Source: an uncultured delta proteobacterium
Lineage (GTDB): Bacteria > Myxococcota > UBA727 > VGSZ01
DNA: 64,000 nt
Direction: 5' to 3'
NCBI GenBank assembly: GCA_963775425.1
Contig: CAVZJB010000012.1
Span: forward strand, 224,001 to 288,000
This document shows, one piece after another, positions 29,202 through 38,498 of the stretch. The position numbers were made by a program, and so were the translations under genes. The stretch's first letter is position 1; each line of letters opens with the position of its first letter. Below the pieces are notes generated by a model. It saw nothing but the letters and a program-made list of their open reading frames with translations, searched no databases and had not been told where the DNA came from.

Positions 29202-30035
29202 ATGCACGCGCTGCACGACGTCGGCTTTGCGCACATCGCGGTCCGCGAGGCCGGCGAGGGGCCCCCGGTGCTCTTCATCCACGGCTGGCCGTTTTATGGC
29301 TTCACCTGGAGGAAGATCGTCCCGGCGCTCTCCCGGAGCTACCGCTGCATCGTCGCCGACCTCCCGGGGGCGGGCTCGTCGTGGTGGCAGAAGGAGAACG
29401 ACTTCACCACCTGCGGCCACGCCGACAACCTCCATCGGCTCCTCGACGCCATGAAGCTCGACCGCGTCGCCCTCGTCGCGCACGACAGCGGCGCCACCGT
29501 CGCCCGCCGCCTCGCCGTCATCGCCCCCGACCGCATCGCCAAGATGGCGCTCATCAACACCGAGATCCCCTACCACCGCCCGCCGTACATCGGGCTGTTC
29601 CAGCGGCTCACCGCGCTGCCGGGCAGCCGCGCGGCCTTTCGCCAGCTCCTGTCGTCGAGGAGGTTCCTGCGCTCGTCGATGGGCTTCGGCGGCTGCTTCC
29701 ACGATCTGTCGCTCATCGACGGCGAGTTTCGCGACTCCTTCGTGCAGCCGCTCGTCAGCGAGCCCCTGCGCCTCGACGGCGCCATCCGCTCGCTGCAGGG
29801 CATCGACTGGGCGCTCGTCGATGCGCTCTCGCGCGACCACGCGCTCATCCAGAGCGAGGTGCGCTTCATCTGGGGCGCCGAGGACCCGACCTTTCCGCTC
29901 GCGCGCGCGCGCCCGATGGTGTCGCAGTTGCGCTACGGCTCGCTCGTGGAGATCCGCGGCGCCAAGCTCCTGCCCCACGAGGAGCGCCCCGACGACGTCG
30001 CGCGCGAGGTGCTCGCGTTCTTCGGCGCCGCCTGA
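29202..30035 (+). CDS. Alpha/beta hydrolase (epoxide hydrolase/dehalogenase-like)
   Basis: IHGWP, DLPGAG, AHDSG nucleophile, WGAED, PHEERP. Confidence 0.88.
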   Translation: MHALHDVGFAHIAVREAGEGPPVLFIHGWPFYGFTWRKIVPALSRSYRCIVADLPGAGSSWWQKENDFTTCGHADNLHRLLDAMKLDRVALVAHDSGATVARRLAVIAPDRIAKMALINTEIPYHRPPYIGLFQRLTALPGSRAAFRQLLSSRRFLRSSMGFGGCFHDLSLIDGEFRDSFVQPLVSEPLRLDGAIRSLQGIDWALVDALSRDHALIQSEVRFIWGAEDPTFPLARARPMVSQLRYGSLVEIRGAKLLPHEERPDDVAREVLAFFGAA

Positions 30036-30183
30036 GTCCGCGGCACTCCCTCGCCTGCACCGGCCGGGGCACGGACTCTGCGCCGGCGCCGGTGCCTCCC
30101 GCCGCCGTGGCGGCGCCGGCGGCGCCCGTTTCAGGCCGGCGGCCCTCGTTGGCAGCAGGCCCAAACGGCGCTAGCGCCGGTTC

Positions 30184-33100
30184 ATGGAAGAGGGACGAGG
30201 CGACTTCATCGACGGCGCGTTTCGCAAGGCGCGGTCACCCGACGACGGCAACGCGGTGCACAGCCGCGACCCGGCGCACGACTTTCAGCCGGTGTTCCGC
30301 GCGCACACCGCGGTGCAGAACGTCGACCTCGCCGTCGAGGCCGCCCGCCGGGCGCAGCCGGCGTGGGTGTCGCTCGGCCTCGAGGGGCGGCGCAAGCACC
30401 TGCTCGCGCTGCGCGCAGCCTTCGAGGAGCACGCCGACAAGATCGCCAAGATGATCACCCGCGAGATGGGAAAGCCCATCCGCGAGGCCAACGCCGAGGC
30501 CAAGAGCCTCGGCTTGCGCGTGCCGCTCGTCCTCGACGAAGCCATGAAGCGCGTGGCCACCCGCCACCCCGAGGGCGTCGCCGGCGAGGAGCGCGCGCAC
30601 CCGCAGGGGGTCCTCGCCGTCATCGGGCCCTACAACTACCCGGCGCACCTCGTGAACGGGCACGTCATCCCCGCGCTCGCCACCGGCAACACCGTCGTCA
30701 TCAAGCCGTCCGAGGTCACGCCGGGCGTGGGAGAGCTCTACGCCATGTGCGCCGAGCGCGCCGGCCTCCCCGCGGGCGTGCTCAACCTGGTGCAGGGCGG
30801 GGGCGCCGTCGGCCGCGCGCTCTCGAGCCATGCCGGCGTCGACGGCGTGCTCTTCACGGGCTCCTGGCGCACCGGCCGCGCCATCACCGAGGCGTGCCTC
30901 GACCAGCCCGGAAAGATCCTCGCCCTCGAGATGGGCGGAAAGAACGTCGCCGTGGTGTGCGACGACGCCGACCTGCCGCAGGCGCTCGCCGCCGTGGTCC
31001 AGGGCGCCTTCCTCACCGCGGGCCAGCGCTGCACCGCCACCTCGCGCCTCCTCGTGTTCGAGCGCGTCGCCGAGCGCTTCCTGGACGCGCTCGTCGCCGC
31101 TGCGCGCGAGCTCCGCCCGGGCGATCCCATGGAGCCGTCCACCATGTTCGGGCCGCTCGCCACGCGCGAGGCGCTCGATCGCTTCGTGCGCATGCGCACC
31201 GCCGCCGTCGACGCAGGCTGCGAGCAGCTCATCGCGGGACGCGTGCTCCCCGGCGGCGCGTTCGTCACCCCCTCCATCCATATGCTCGCCGAGGGCATGA
31301 AGGAGGCGCCCGGCTACCTCGACGAGGAGCTGTTCGGGCCCGACATCTGCGTCGAGATCGTCGACGACCTCGACGAGGCCGTCGAGCGCACCAACGCGCT
31401 GCCCTACGGGTTGTCGAACGCGCTGTTCAGCGTCGACCCGGAGAAGCTCGAGAGCTTCTACGAGCGCACGCGCAGCGGCTGCGTGAACTGGAACCGCTCC
31501 ACCAACAACGCGTCGGGCAAGCTGCCCTTCGGCGGCGTGGGCAAGAGCGGCAACCAGCGCCCCGCCGGCATCGACGCCGTTCGCTACACCACCTTCCCCG
31601 TGGCGGTGTTGAAGGGCGCGCAGGGGGACGCGCCCGTCGAGCCCGCGTTCGCGCCGGCGTTTCGTGCGGGCGAAGAGCGGCTGCGCATGGCGTTCGGCCA
31701 GCTCACGCTCCGCCACAAGATCGAGGGCATGCTCGAGAAGCACCGCGTCTACGTCGACGACGTGCGCGGGCCCGACATCCTCGTTCCGCTCGAGCAGCTC
31801 ACCGATCTGTCCATCGCCGACAACCTGCTCGAGCCCGAGGACATCGTGGCGCGGCTGTCGCCGTTCGCCAGCCTCGAGGAGCCCTACGTCGTCATCACCG
31901 TCCCCGACGTCGACGACGAGTCCGACGACAAGGCGCGGCGGGTGCTCGAGGTGGTGCGCGCGCTCCTCGACGACGTCGCGCGCGACAACCCGGTCCACAT
32001 CCTGCGGCTGTTGCCCAAGGCGATCCGCCGCCCGCCCGAGGGGAAGCTCCCGCGCAGCGAGGCGCTCTTGCGGCGCCTGTACCGCGGCGACTTCGTGCCC
32101 ATGGAGAAGAAGGAGCCGGTGGTGGACCTCGCGTGGAGCGAGGGGCCGTACCTCGCCTCCATCGACGACGACGCCCTCGTCGTCCTCGACGCCGCCAGCC
32201 AGATCGCGTCGTTGGGCCTCGGCTTCGCGCCGGGCACGTTCATGGCCGCCCTCGACGCCGGCGAGCTCGGCGAGGCGCTCGTGGCCAACCCCGACACCGA
32301 GGCGGTGGGCGGGGACCGCGCGCACCTCGAGGAGTACGGGCGCTTCCTCGTGAAGCAGTCGTGGCCGGGCATCCGCTACGCGAGCTTCACGTCGGGGGGC
32401 GCCGAGGCCAACGAGAAGGCGTTCGACCTCTGCCGGCTGCACGGCCCCGGCGGCAAGCGCGTCATCTGCTTCGAGGGGTCGTTTCACGGGCGCACGCTCA
32501 TGGCGCTCCACGCCACGCACAACCCCGACAAGCGCAAGGCGTTCGAATTCGAAGGCTATGAGGCGTCGTTCGTGCCGTTCCCGCGGTGGAACGATCCGCG
32601 CGAGGAGCCGCCGGTGGAGGACGCGTGGATCGCGGCGTGGTCCACGGGGCAGACGCCCGGCGACGACGGCGACCCGCTCCTGCAGGCCGAGATCGAGTCG
32701 CTCGTGGCGGTGAGGAACGAGATCAAGAAGGGCGAGGTCTGCTGCGTCATCGTCGAGCCCATGCAGGGCGAGGGCGGCGACAACTACGCCACCGCACGCT
32801 TCTTCAACGGCTTGCGTGCGCTCACCCGCGGCTTCTCGGTGCCGCTCGTCTACGACGAGGTGCAAAGCGGCTTCGGTCTCGGCGGCTCCTTCTGGTGGCA
32901 CTCGCTGTTCAACCTGAGGAACCCGCGCGGCCAGCCCGAGGGACCGGATTGCATCGTGTCCGCCAAGAAGGCGCAGGTCGGCGTCTGCCTCTCGGTGTGG
33001 CCCGACCCGCGGCCGGCGCCCGCGCACGTGGTGCAGGCGCAGCGCGGCCTGCTCCATGCGCAGGGCATCCTGGAGACCAGCGCGCGCGACATGCAGACCG

Positions 33101-35478
33101 AGGTGCAGGAGCGCCTGTGGGCGCTGGCCGTCGACTACCCCGCCCTCGTCGCCAACCCGCGAAACCTCGGCTGGTGCTTCGCGTTCGATCTGCCGTCCAA
33201 GCACCTGGCCATGCAGGTCATCGCCCAGCGCTTCTACCGCGGCTTCATGGCGTACATCGCCGGCGAGCGCACGGTGCGCTTCCGCTTGAACGCGTCGTGG
33301 GGCGTGCGCGACGTCGAGCTGTTGTTCGGCGGGTTGCGCGACGCGCTCAACGCCATCGCCGCCAAGACGCGCGGGGTGGATCCGGCCAAGCAGCGCGACG
33401 CCATGGAGAGCTACCGCGCGCCCAAGTGGGAAGACGGCGGGGCCCGCTCCGCGGAGCCCGCGCGCACCGGCGGCGGCCCGTTCGGCACGTCGTACGACGC
33501 CATGAGCGAAGATCCGCCGGCGCTGTTGCGTTGGATGACGCGCCTGCCGCGCGGGCCGCTCGAGAAGGTCTGCGATCGCGTGCTCGGCATGGAGGGCCAG
33601 TTCGAGGACACGGTGGTGGAGGAGGCGCTCAAGAAGGCGACGGGCGCCGAGCGCGCGTGGGCGTACCCGACCAAGTTCGTCGAGCGCATGCGCCAGATCT
33701 CCGAAGAGATCGCCAAGGCGCCCGACCAGCAGGCCGCCTACGATCGCGTCACCGCCGACATCGGCATGGAGCCCACCCGCTTGCTCGCCGAGGTGCTCGG
33801 CGCGCGCGTCGTCATCCTCGATCCCAAGGACTGGGCCGAGTACGCCGACAAGATCGTCGACATCGAAAACGCCACCTACGAAGAGGGGCGGCGCGACAGC
33901 GAGGAAGACCTGCGGCGCATGGTGACGTCGGAGGGCGGCGTCGGCGTCATCCTCGTGCGCTACACCGACGTCGGCGAGCGCGTGCTCGGCTACGCGTTCG
34001 GCGGCCCGGTCGAGGGCTACAAGAGCGACGGCCCGCGCGAAGACCCGATGAACGGCAGCAGCAACACGTTCTACTCGGCCAACATCACTGTCGCCCCGGG
34101 GGCGCGCTCGACGGGCCTCGGCCGCCGCCTGAAGAGCGCGCAGGTGCAGCGGGTGAAGGAGATCAAGGCCGGCGACGGCTCCCCCCGCTACATGTTCATG
34201 ACGGGGCGAAACCGCCTCTACTTCACGCGCGAGATGGCGGCCATCAACCGCAACTTCGGCGCGTACGTCGTCGAGCACTACCGCCGCGACCAATACGGTG
34301 ATCGCTCGGGACAGGCGCTCTACTACCGCATCCCCTTGCGGCGCCCGAGCTGCCCGACGGCGCTGCCCGAGCAGAGCGCGCGCCCGTTCGGGAGCATGGG
34401 AGAGCAGCTTTTCGACTGGGGCTCGTCGGTGCAGGCGCCGCTGGGCGCGCGTCACCCCCGCTTGTGCAGGGCGCTCGCGGACGGCGAGCTGACCGGCGCG
34501 GTGGGCACCAAGCTGACGCTGTCGAACTGGACCACGCCGGACATCGTTCGCTACACCGAGACGCTGATGCACCTGGGGCCGAAGGGCCTGCCACACGTGT
34601 ACTTCACGTCCGGCCGCGACGAGCTCGTCGACAAGTCCATTCGCTGCCTGCGCCTCAAGCGGCCCAAGGCCGACGTCGTCATCGGGCTCGACCGGCAATA
34701 CGTCGGGCACACCACGGCGGCGGCGCGGTCCTTGTCGGATCCGGCGGGCGAGCAGTTGCCGTTCGGCTGGTTCGACTGGCCGCGCGTCCCGCACCCCGCC
34801 GACGTCGGCACCGACGCCTCGCTCGCGGCCATCATGGCCACGCTCAACCGCCTCGGACCCGATCGCGTGGTGGGCATCTACGTCGAGATCATCGGTGAGC
34901 GCTCAGGGCTCGGGCTGCCCGAGGACTTCCAGGCGGCGCTGCAGGCGCTGCACGAGGACACGGGCGTGCCCATCGTTGCGGTGGAGACGGCGAGCGCCCT
35001 GGGCCGCCTCGGCCCCAACCTGTGGGCGTGCGACGGCGTGCCGCTGAAGCCGAACCTGATCCTCTGGTACGCGGGCGGACAGCTCGGCCACATCTTCGTC
35101 GACGACAAGCACTACGTGGGCAAGCCGCTGCAGCTCATCTCCACGTGGGACGGCGACGAGATCTCCATCGTGCGTACGCACCATCACCTGCTCGAGGCGC
35201 GGCGCCTGTTGAAGGACAGCCGCGGCGCTGCGTTTCATCGCATGGTCGACGAGGTGCGCCTCCCCGGCCGCCGCAAGGGCGCGGGCCTGTGGCAGGTGCT
35301 CGACGTCGAAGACGAGCTGAAGGCGGACGCGGTGCGCAAGGCGGCGTTCCGCCGGGGCCTGCGCTTGAAGAAGGGCCTGCCCGGGCACATCGTGATGGCG
35401 CCGGCCGTGTGCGCGAGCGACGACGAGATGAAGCTCGGCCTCTCGCGGCTCGAGCAGGCGGTGCGCGAGGTGATGTAG
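30184..35478 (+). CDS. Fusion of AstD-like aldehyde dehydrogenase, class-III aminotransferase, GNAT and a degenerate class-III aminotransferase
   Basis: FTGS, LEMGGKN, GQRCTA, EELFGP, PFGGVGKSGN; GAEANE, SFHGRT, EPMQGEGG, DEVQSG, SAKKAQ; ARSTGLGRRL; second aminotransferase with STWDGD. Confidence 0.9.
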   Translation: MEEGRGDFIDGAFRKARSPDDGNAVHSRDPAHDFQPVFRAHTAVQNVDLAVEAARRAQPAWVSLGLEGRRKHLLALRAAFEEHADKIAKMITREMGKPIREANAEAKSLGLRVPLVLDEAMKRVATRHPEGVAGEERAHPQGVLAVIGPYNYPAHLVNGHVIPALATGNTVVIKPSEVTPGVGELYAMCAERAGLPAGVLNLVQGGGAVGRALSSHAGVDGVLFTGSWRTGRAITEACLDQPGKILALEMGGKNVAVVCDDADLPQALAAVVQGAFLTAGQRCTATSRLLVFERVAERFLDALVAAARELRPGDPMEPSTMFGPLATREALDRFVRMRTAAVDAGCEQLIAGRVLPGGAFVTPSIHMLAEGMKEAPGYLDEELFGPDICVEIVDDLDEAVERTNALPYGLSNALFSVDPEKLESFYERTRSGCVNWNRSTNNASGKLPFGGVGKSGNQRPAGIDAVRYTTFPVAVLKGAQGDAPVEPAFAPAFRAGEERLRMAFGQLTLRHKIEGMLEKHRVYVDDVRGPDILVPLEQLTDLSIADNLLEPEDIVARLSPFASLEEPYVVITVPDVDDESDDKARRVLEVVRALLDDVARDNPVHILRLLPKAIRRPPEGKLPRSEALLRRLYRGDFVPMEKKEPVVDLAWSEGPYLASIDDDALVVLDAASQIASLGLGFAPGTFMAALDAGELGEALVANPDTEAVGGDRAHLEEYGRFLVKQSWPGIRYASFTSGGAEANEKAFDLCRLHGPGGKRVICFEGSFHGRTLMALHATHNPDKRKAFEFEGYEASFVPFPRWNDPREEPPVEDAWIAAWSTGQTPGDDGDPLLQAEIESLVAVRNEIKKGEVCCVIVEPMQGEGGDNYATARFFNGLRALTRGFSVPLVYDEVQSGFGLGGSFWWHSLFNLRNPRGQPEGPDCIVSAKKAQVGVCLSVWPDPRPAPAHVVQAQRGLLHAQGILETSARDMQTEVQERLWALAVDYPALVANPRNLGWCFAFDLPSKHLAMQVIAQRFYRGFMAYIAGERTVRFRLNASWGVRDVELLFGGLRDALNAIAAKTRGVDPAKQRDAMESYRAPKWEDGGARSAEPARTGGGPFGTSYDAMSEDPPALLRWMTRLPRGPLEKVCDRVLGMEGQFEDTVVEEALKKATGAERAWAYPTKFVERMRQISEEIAKAPDQQAAYDRVTADIGMEPTRLLAEVLGARVVILDPKDWAEYADKIVDIENATYEEGRRDSEEDLRRMVTSEGGVGVILVRYTDVGERVLGYAFGGPVEGYKSDGPREDPMNGSSNTFYSANITVAPGARSTGLGRRLKSAQVQRVKEIKAGDGSPRYMFMTGRNRLYFTREMAAINRNFGAYVVEHYRRDQYGDRSGQALYYRIPLRRPSCPTALPEQSARPFGSMGEQLFDWGSSVQAPLGARHPRLCRALADGELTGAVGTKLTLSNWTTPDIVRYTETLMHLGPKGLPHVYFTSGRDELVDKSIRCLRLKRPKADVVIGLDRQYVGHTTAAARSLSDPAGEQLPFGWFDWPRVPHPADVGTDASLAAIMATLNRLGPDRVVGIYVEIIGERSGLGLPEDFQAALQALHEDTGVPIVAVETASALGRLGPNLWACDGVPLKPNLILWYAGGQLGHIFVDDKHYVGKPLQLISTWDGDEISIVRTHHHLLEARRLLKDSRGAAFHRMVDEVRLPGRRKGAGLWQVLDVEDELKADAVRKAAFRRGLRLKKGLPGHIVMAPAVCASDDEMKLGLSRLEQAVREVM

Positions 35479-35543
35479 ACCGGTCCGCCGGGCGCTCGCG
35501 CGGTCCGCTGGGCATTCGCGCAGGCGCGTGCGACGCTCGCGCG

Positions 35544-36080
35544 ATGACCATGACGAAGGCGACGCCGACGTCGACGACGTCAGCGGTGCTGTGGCTGACC
35601 GGCCTCTCGGGGGCGGGGAAGACCACGCTGTCCCGCGCGCTGCACGAGCGGCTCGCGCGCCGGGGCACGAGGGCGGCGCTCCTCGACGGCGACGTCTTGC
35701 GCAAGGGCATCAGCGCGGACCTCGGGTATTCCCCGGAGGATCGCACCGAGAACGTGCGCCGCGCCGCGCACGTGGCGCGCCTGATGTCGGCGGAGCGGCT
35801 CGTCGTCGTCGTCGCGCTCATCTCGCCGATGACGTCCCAGCGCGCGCTCGCGCGGCGCATCGTCGGCGCGCCGTTTCGCGAGGTGTTCGTGCACGCGCCG
35901 CTGCCCGTGTGCATCGAGCGGGATCCCAAGGGGCTCTACAAGCGCGCGCTCGCGGGCAAGCTCGCGCAGTTCACCGGCGTGTCCGCGCCCTACGAGCCGC
36001 CGCCGTCGCCCGAGCTCGTCCTCGACACGTCGGTGCGCACCATCGACGACTGCTGCGACGCCTTGCACGCTTTGCTCTGA
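35544..36080 (+). CDS. cysC: Adenylyl-sulfate kinase
   Basis: WLTGLSGAGKTT, LDGD..R, DR.EN.RR, ALISP, RDPKGLY, FTGVSAPYEPP. Confidence 0.95.
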   Translation: MTMTKATPTSTTSAVLWLTGLSGAGKTTLSRALHERLARRGTRAALLDGDVLRKGISADLGYSPEDRTENVRRAAHVARLMSAERLVVVVALISPMTSQRALARRIVGAPFREVFVHAPLPVCIERDPKGLYKRALAGKLAQFTGVSAPYEPPPSPELVLDTSVRTIDDCCDALHALL

Positions 36081-36383
36081 GCTGAGCGGCGTGACGACAT
36101 TCACGGCGGCACGGCGTTCGTTGCTGACGACGACGTCGTGCCCCGCCGCGAATGTCTACGCCGCGCGCCTTCGGCGCCTCTCTCGCATCGGGGCGACGGC
36201 CGGCGCCGTCGTCGCCGCACGCGTCGACACGGCACGTCCGCGCCCTCTCCCCCGGGGGACGCGGCCCAGCGCGGGCCCGGTCCCGCGCGCGTTGCCGATG
36301 GATCACATTGCTCGTCGCCCTTTGCGCTCAGCGGCGTTACGACATTCACGGCGGCAGGGCGTTCGTCGCTGCCGCAGACGTCG
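36081..36383. repeat. Imperfect direct repeat of about 58 bp (36081-36138 and 36326-36383) between convergent genes
   Basis: GCT.AGCGGCGT.ACGACATTCACGGCGGCA.GGCGTTCGT.GCTG occurs twice, 245 bp apart. Confidence 0.8.
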
Positions 36384-36457
36384 ACACGGCACGCACGGCA
36401 TCGAGACGTAGGCGCCCCCTTGCGCACCGGACGTCCACGGCGCCGGGTGTTTCCGAC

Positions 36458-36481
36458 GCGGGGGACAAGCCCCCGCCCTAC
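36458..36481 (-). repeat. GTAG-class REP-like palindrome
   Basis: - strand reads GTAGGGCGGGGGCTTGTCCCCCGC; a degenerate opposed GTAG partner lies at about 36408. Confidence 0.6.
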
Positions 36482-36510
36482 GGGTCGTCGACGTCGGTGA
36501 TGGCCGGGGC

Positions 36511-36975
36511 TCAGGCGTAGCCGAGGTCCTTGAGGCCGGCGAGGAGGGCGGCGTCCTCGCCGTCGCTCAAGGCGCCGCGGGCGGGCGGGCCGAGGTAGCC
36601 GAGCCCCTCGAGGAGCTCGACGATGCTGACGAGCGCGGGGGCGACGTCGGCGCCGGCGGGCACGGCGAGGTGCGGCCGCGACACGGGCTCGAACCCCGGG
36701 GCGCCCCCGTCCTCCCACGCGACCACCACCGCCGCCGGCGCCTGCGCGAAGAGCGCCTCGCGGGCGTCGGCCGACGGCTCTTCGAGGAGCGCCACGCACG
36801 CGCGCCCGCCGCCGACGGCCGTGCGCACGGCGCCGAGGGTGGTGGCGCCATCGGCGCCGGCGACGACGTCGGCGCCGAGGCCACGCGCGCCGAGCTCCTC
36901 GACGACGGCGGGCATGGCGTCCTCGAGGACGCGGACGCGCGGGCCACAGAGGAACAACTGGAACGGCGTGCTCAT
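36511..36975 (-). CDS. Degenerate APS-kinase-like small protein with C-terminal LxxLGY motifs
   Basis: No P-loop; FEPVSRPHL, LEGLGYL and LKDLGYA resemble CysC C-termini; ATGA coupling to the upstream gene. Confidence 0.6.
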   Translation of the reverse strand: MSTPFQLFLCGPRVRVLEDAMPAVVEELGARGLGADVVAGADGATTLGAVRTAVGGGRACVALLEEPSADAREALFAQAPAAVVVAWEDGGAPGFEPVSRPHLAVPAGADVAPALVSIVELLEGLGYLGPPARGALSDGEDAALLAGLKDLGYA

Positions 36976-38498
36976 GAGCGCTCTCCTCGGCGGCCCGCCT
37001 CGCCCCCCGGCGGCCGCGCTTGATCGGCGACCGGAGGGAGCTGCCGCGCTGGATCGGACGCGGGTGGATCGGTCGGGACGGCGAAGGGCATCGGGGCGCC
37101 GATCATGTGATCGGGCACCGTCTCCCCGAGGAGCCGCAGCGCCGTGGGGGCCACGTCGTAGAGGCTCGCCGACACGCGCACGCCGCCGGGCGACGGGTCG
37201 CCGCGCGCGGGGCGGTACAGCACGATGCCGTCGACGGCGTGGTTGGCGCCGTCGGCGCCGGTGTCGTTGTCGGCCGAAAAGATCGCCTCGTGCGCGGGCG
37301 CGTCCGCCTCGGGCAGCACCGTGGCGTTCGCGCGCAGCGCCAGGTCGCCGGGAAACACGATCAGGTCGGGCGCCACCCCGCGCACCGCGCGGAACGTCTC
37401 CTCGGGGACGAACACGCGGTTGCCGAGCACGGCGCCGTCGGGACCGCGCATCTGTTCGAGCTTCTTCTTCAGCGAAGCGCGAAACGCCGGCAGGTCGCCG
37501 ATGACGCCGCGGGGCTCGCGGCCGGCGACGTTCAGGAACACGCGCGCGTAGTAGCCGCCGTCGGCCCACGCGGAGGTCTTCGCCCAGTCGACGTCCTCGA
37601 GGCGCAGCCGATCGGTGCGCGCCGGCCGACGCGCCAGAGACAGCAGCCCCTCGCGCACGAGCCACTCGTTGAAGCGCACGCCGCCCTTCATGGTGCGCGC
37701 ACCGTGGTCGGACACGACGAGGACGGCGGTGTCGTCACCGAGCGCGTCGAGGAAGCGGCCGAGGCGGCGGTCGAGGGCGACGTAGTAGTCGCGGATGGCG
37801 TTGCGAAACGGGCTGTGCGGATCGTGGCGCGGGTGGTCGGGGTGACAGTCGGCCCAGAACGCGTGGTGCAGGCGATCGACGCCCATCTCCACCATGAACA
37901 AGAGGTCCCAGCCGCCCTTGGCCGCCAGCGCCTCCACGACGTCGAAGCGCGTCTCGCGCAGCCGGTGCAGGCGCTCGAGCAGCTCGGCCCGCGGGGCGGT
38001 GCGGAAGTCCTTCACATCGACGGGGTAAGCGCCGTCGCCGCACACGGCGTCGATCTCCGCCCGCAGCGACGGCGGCTGCGTGATCACCTCGGCGCCGTCG
38101 GGCACCGGCAGCCCTGCGACGAGGTCGCCGAGGATGGGCCGCGCGGGGTACGTGAGCGGCACGCCCACGACCAGCGAGCGCCGCCGCCGGCGCGACAGCA
38201 GCTGCCACACCGACGGCGCGTCCGGCAGCCAGGTGGCGTCGGCCACGCGCATGTCGCCGTAGCCGTGATCGACGCGGTTCCGGAAGCCGTACAGCCCGAG
38301 CTGCCCGGGGTCCTGGCTGGTGGCCATGCACATCCACGCCGGCACAGTGATGGGCGGCACCGTGCTGCGCAGCGTCCCGTGCGGGCACGACGACGCGAGG
38401 CGCGCGAACGTGGGCAGCTCGTCGAGGAAGCGATCGAAGAGGAGCTGCGGCGTCAGGCAGTCGACGCCGACGATGGCCACGCGGCGCGCGGCGCTCAC
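36972..38498 (-). CDS. Alkaline-phosphatase superfamily type I phosphodiesterase/nucleotide pyrophosphatase
   Basis: IVGVDC, PPITVPAW, DRLHH, VSDHG, NH..DG, YDVAPT. GTG 38498 overlaps the upstream stop. Confidence 0.88.
   Translation of the reverse strand: MSAARRVAIVGVDCLTPQLLFDRFLDELPTFARLASSCPHGTLRSTVPPITVPAWMCMATSQDPGQLGLYGFRNRVDHGYGDMRVADATWLPDAPSVWQLLSRRRRRSLVVGVPLTYPARPILGDLVAGLPVPDGAEVITQPPSLRAEIDAVCGDGAYPVDVKDFRTAPRAELLERLHRLRETRFDVVEALAAKGGWDLLFMVEMGVDRLHHAFWADCHPDHPRHDPHSPFRNAIRDYYVALDRRLGRFLDALGDDTAVLVVSDHGARTMKGGVRFNEWLVREGLLSLARRPARTDRLRLEDVDWAKTSAWADGGYYARVFLNVAGREPRGVIGDLPAFRASLKKKLEQMRGPDGAVLGNRVFVPEETFRAVRGVAPDLIVFPGDLALRANATVLPEADAPAHEAIFSADNDTGADGANHAVDGIVLYRPARGDPSPGGVRVSASLYDVAPTALRLLGETVPDHMIGAPMPFAVPTDPPASDPARQLPPVADQARPPGGEAGRRGERS
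37011..37057. repeat. Degenerate copy of the 29-bp repeat inside the 3' end of the phosphodiesterase CDS
   Basis: CGGCCGCGCTTGATCGGCGACCGGAGGGAGCTGCCGCGCTGGATC. Confidence 0.75.
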
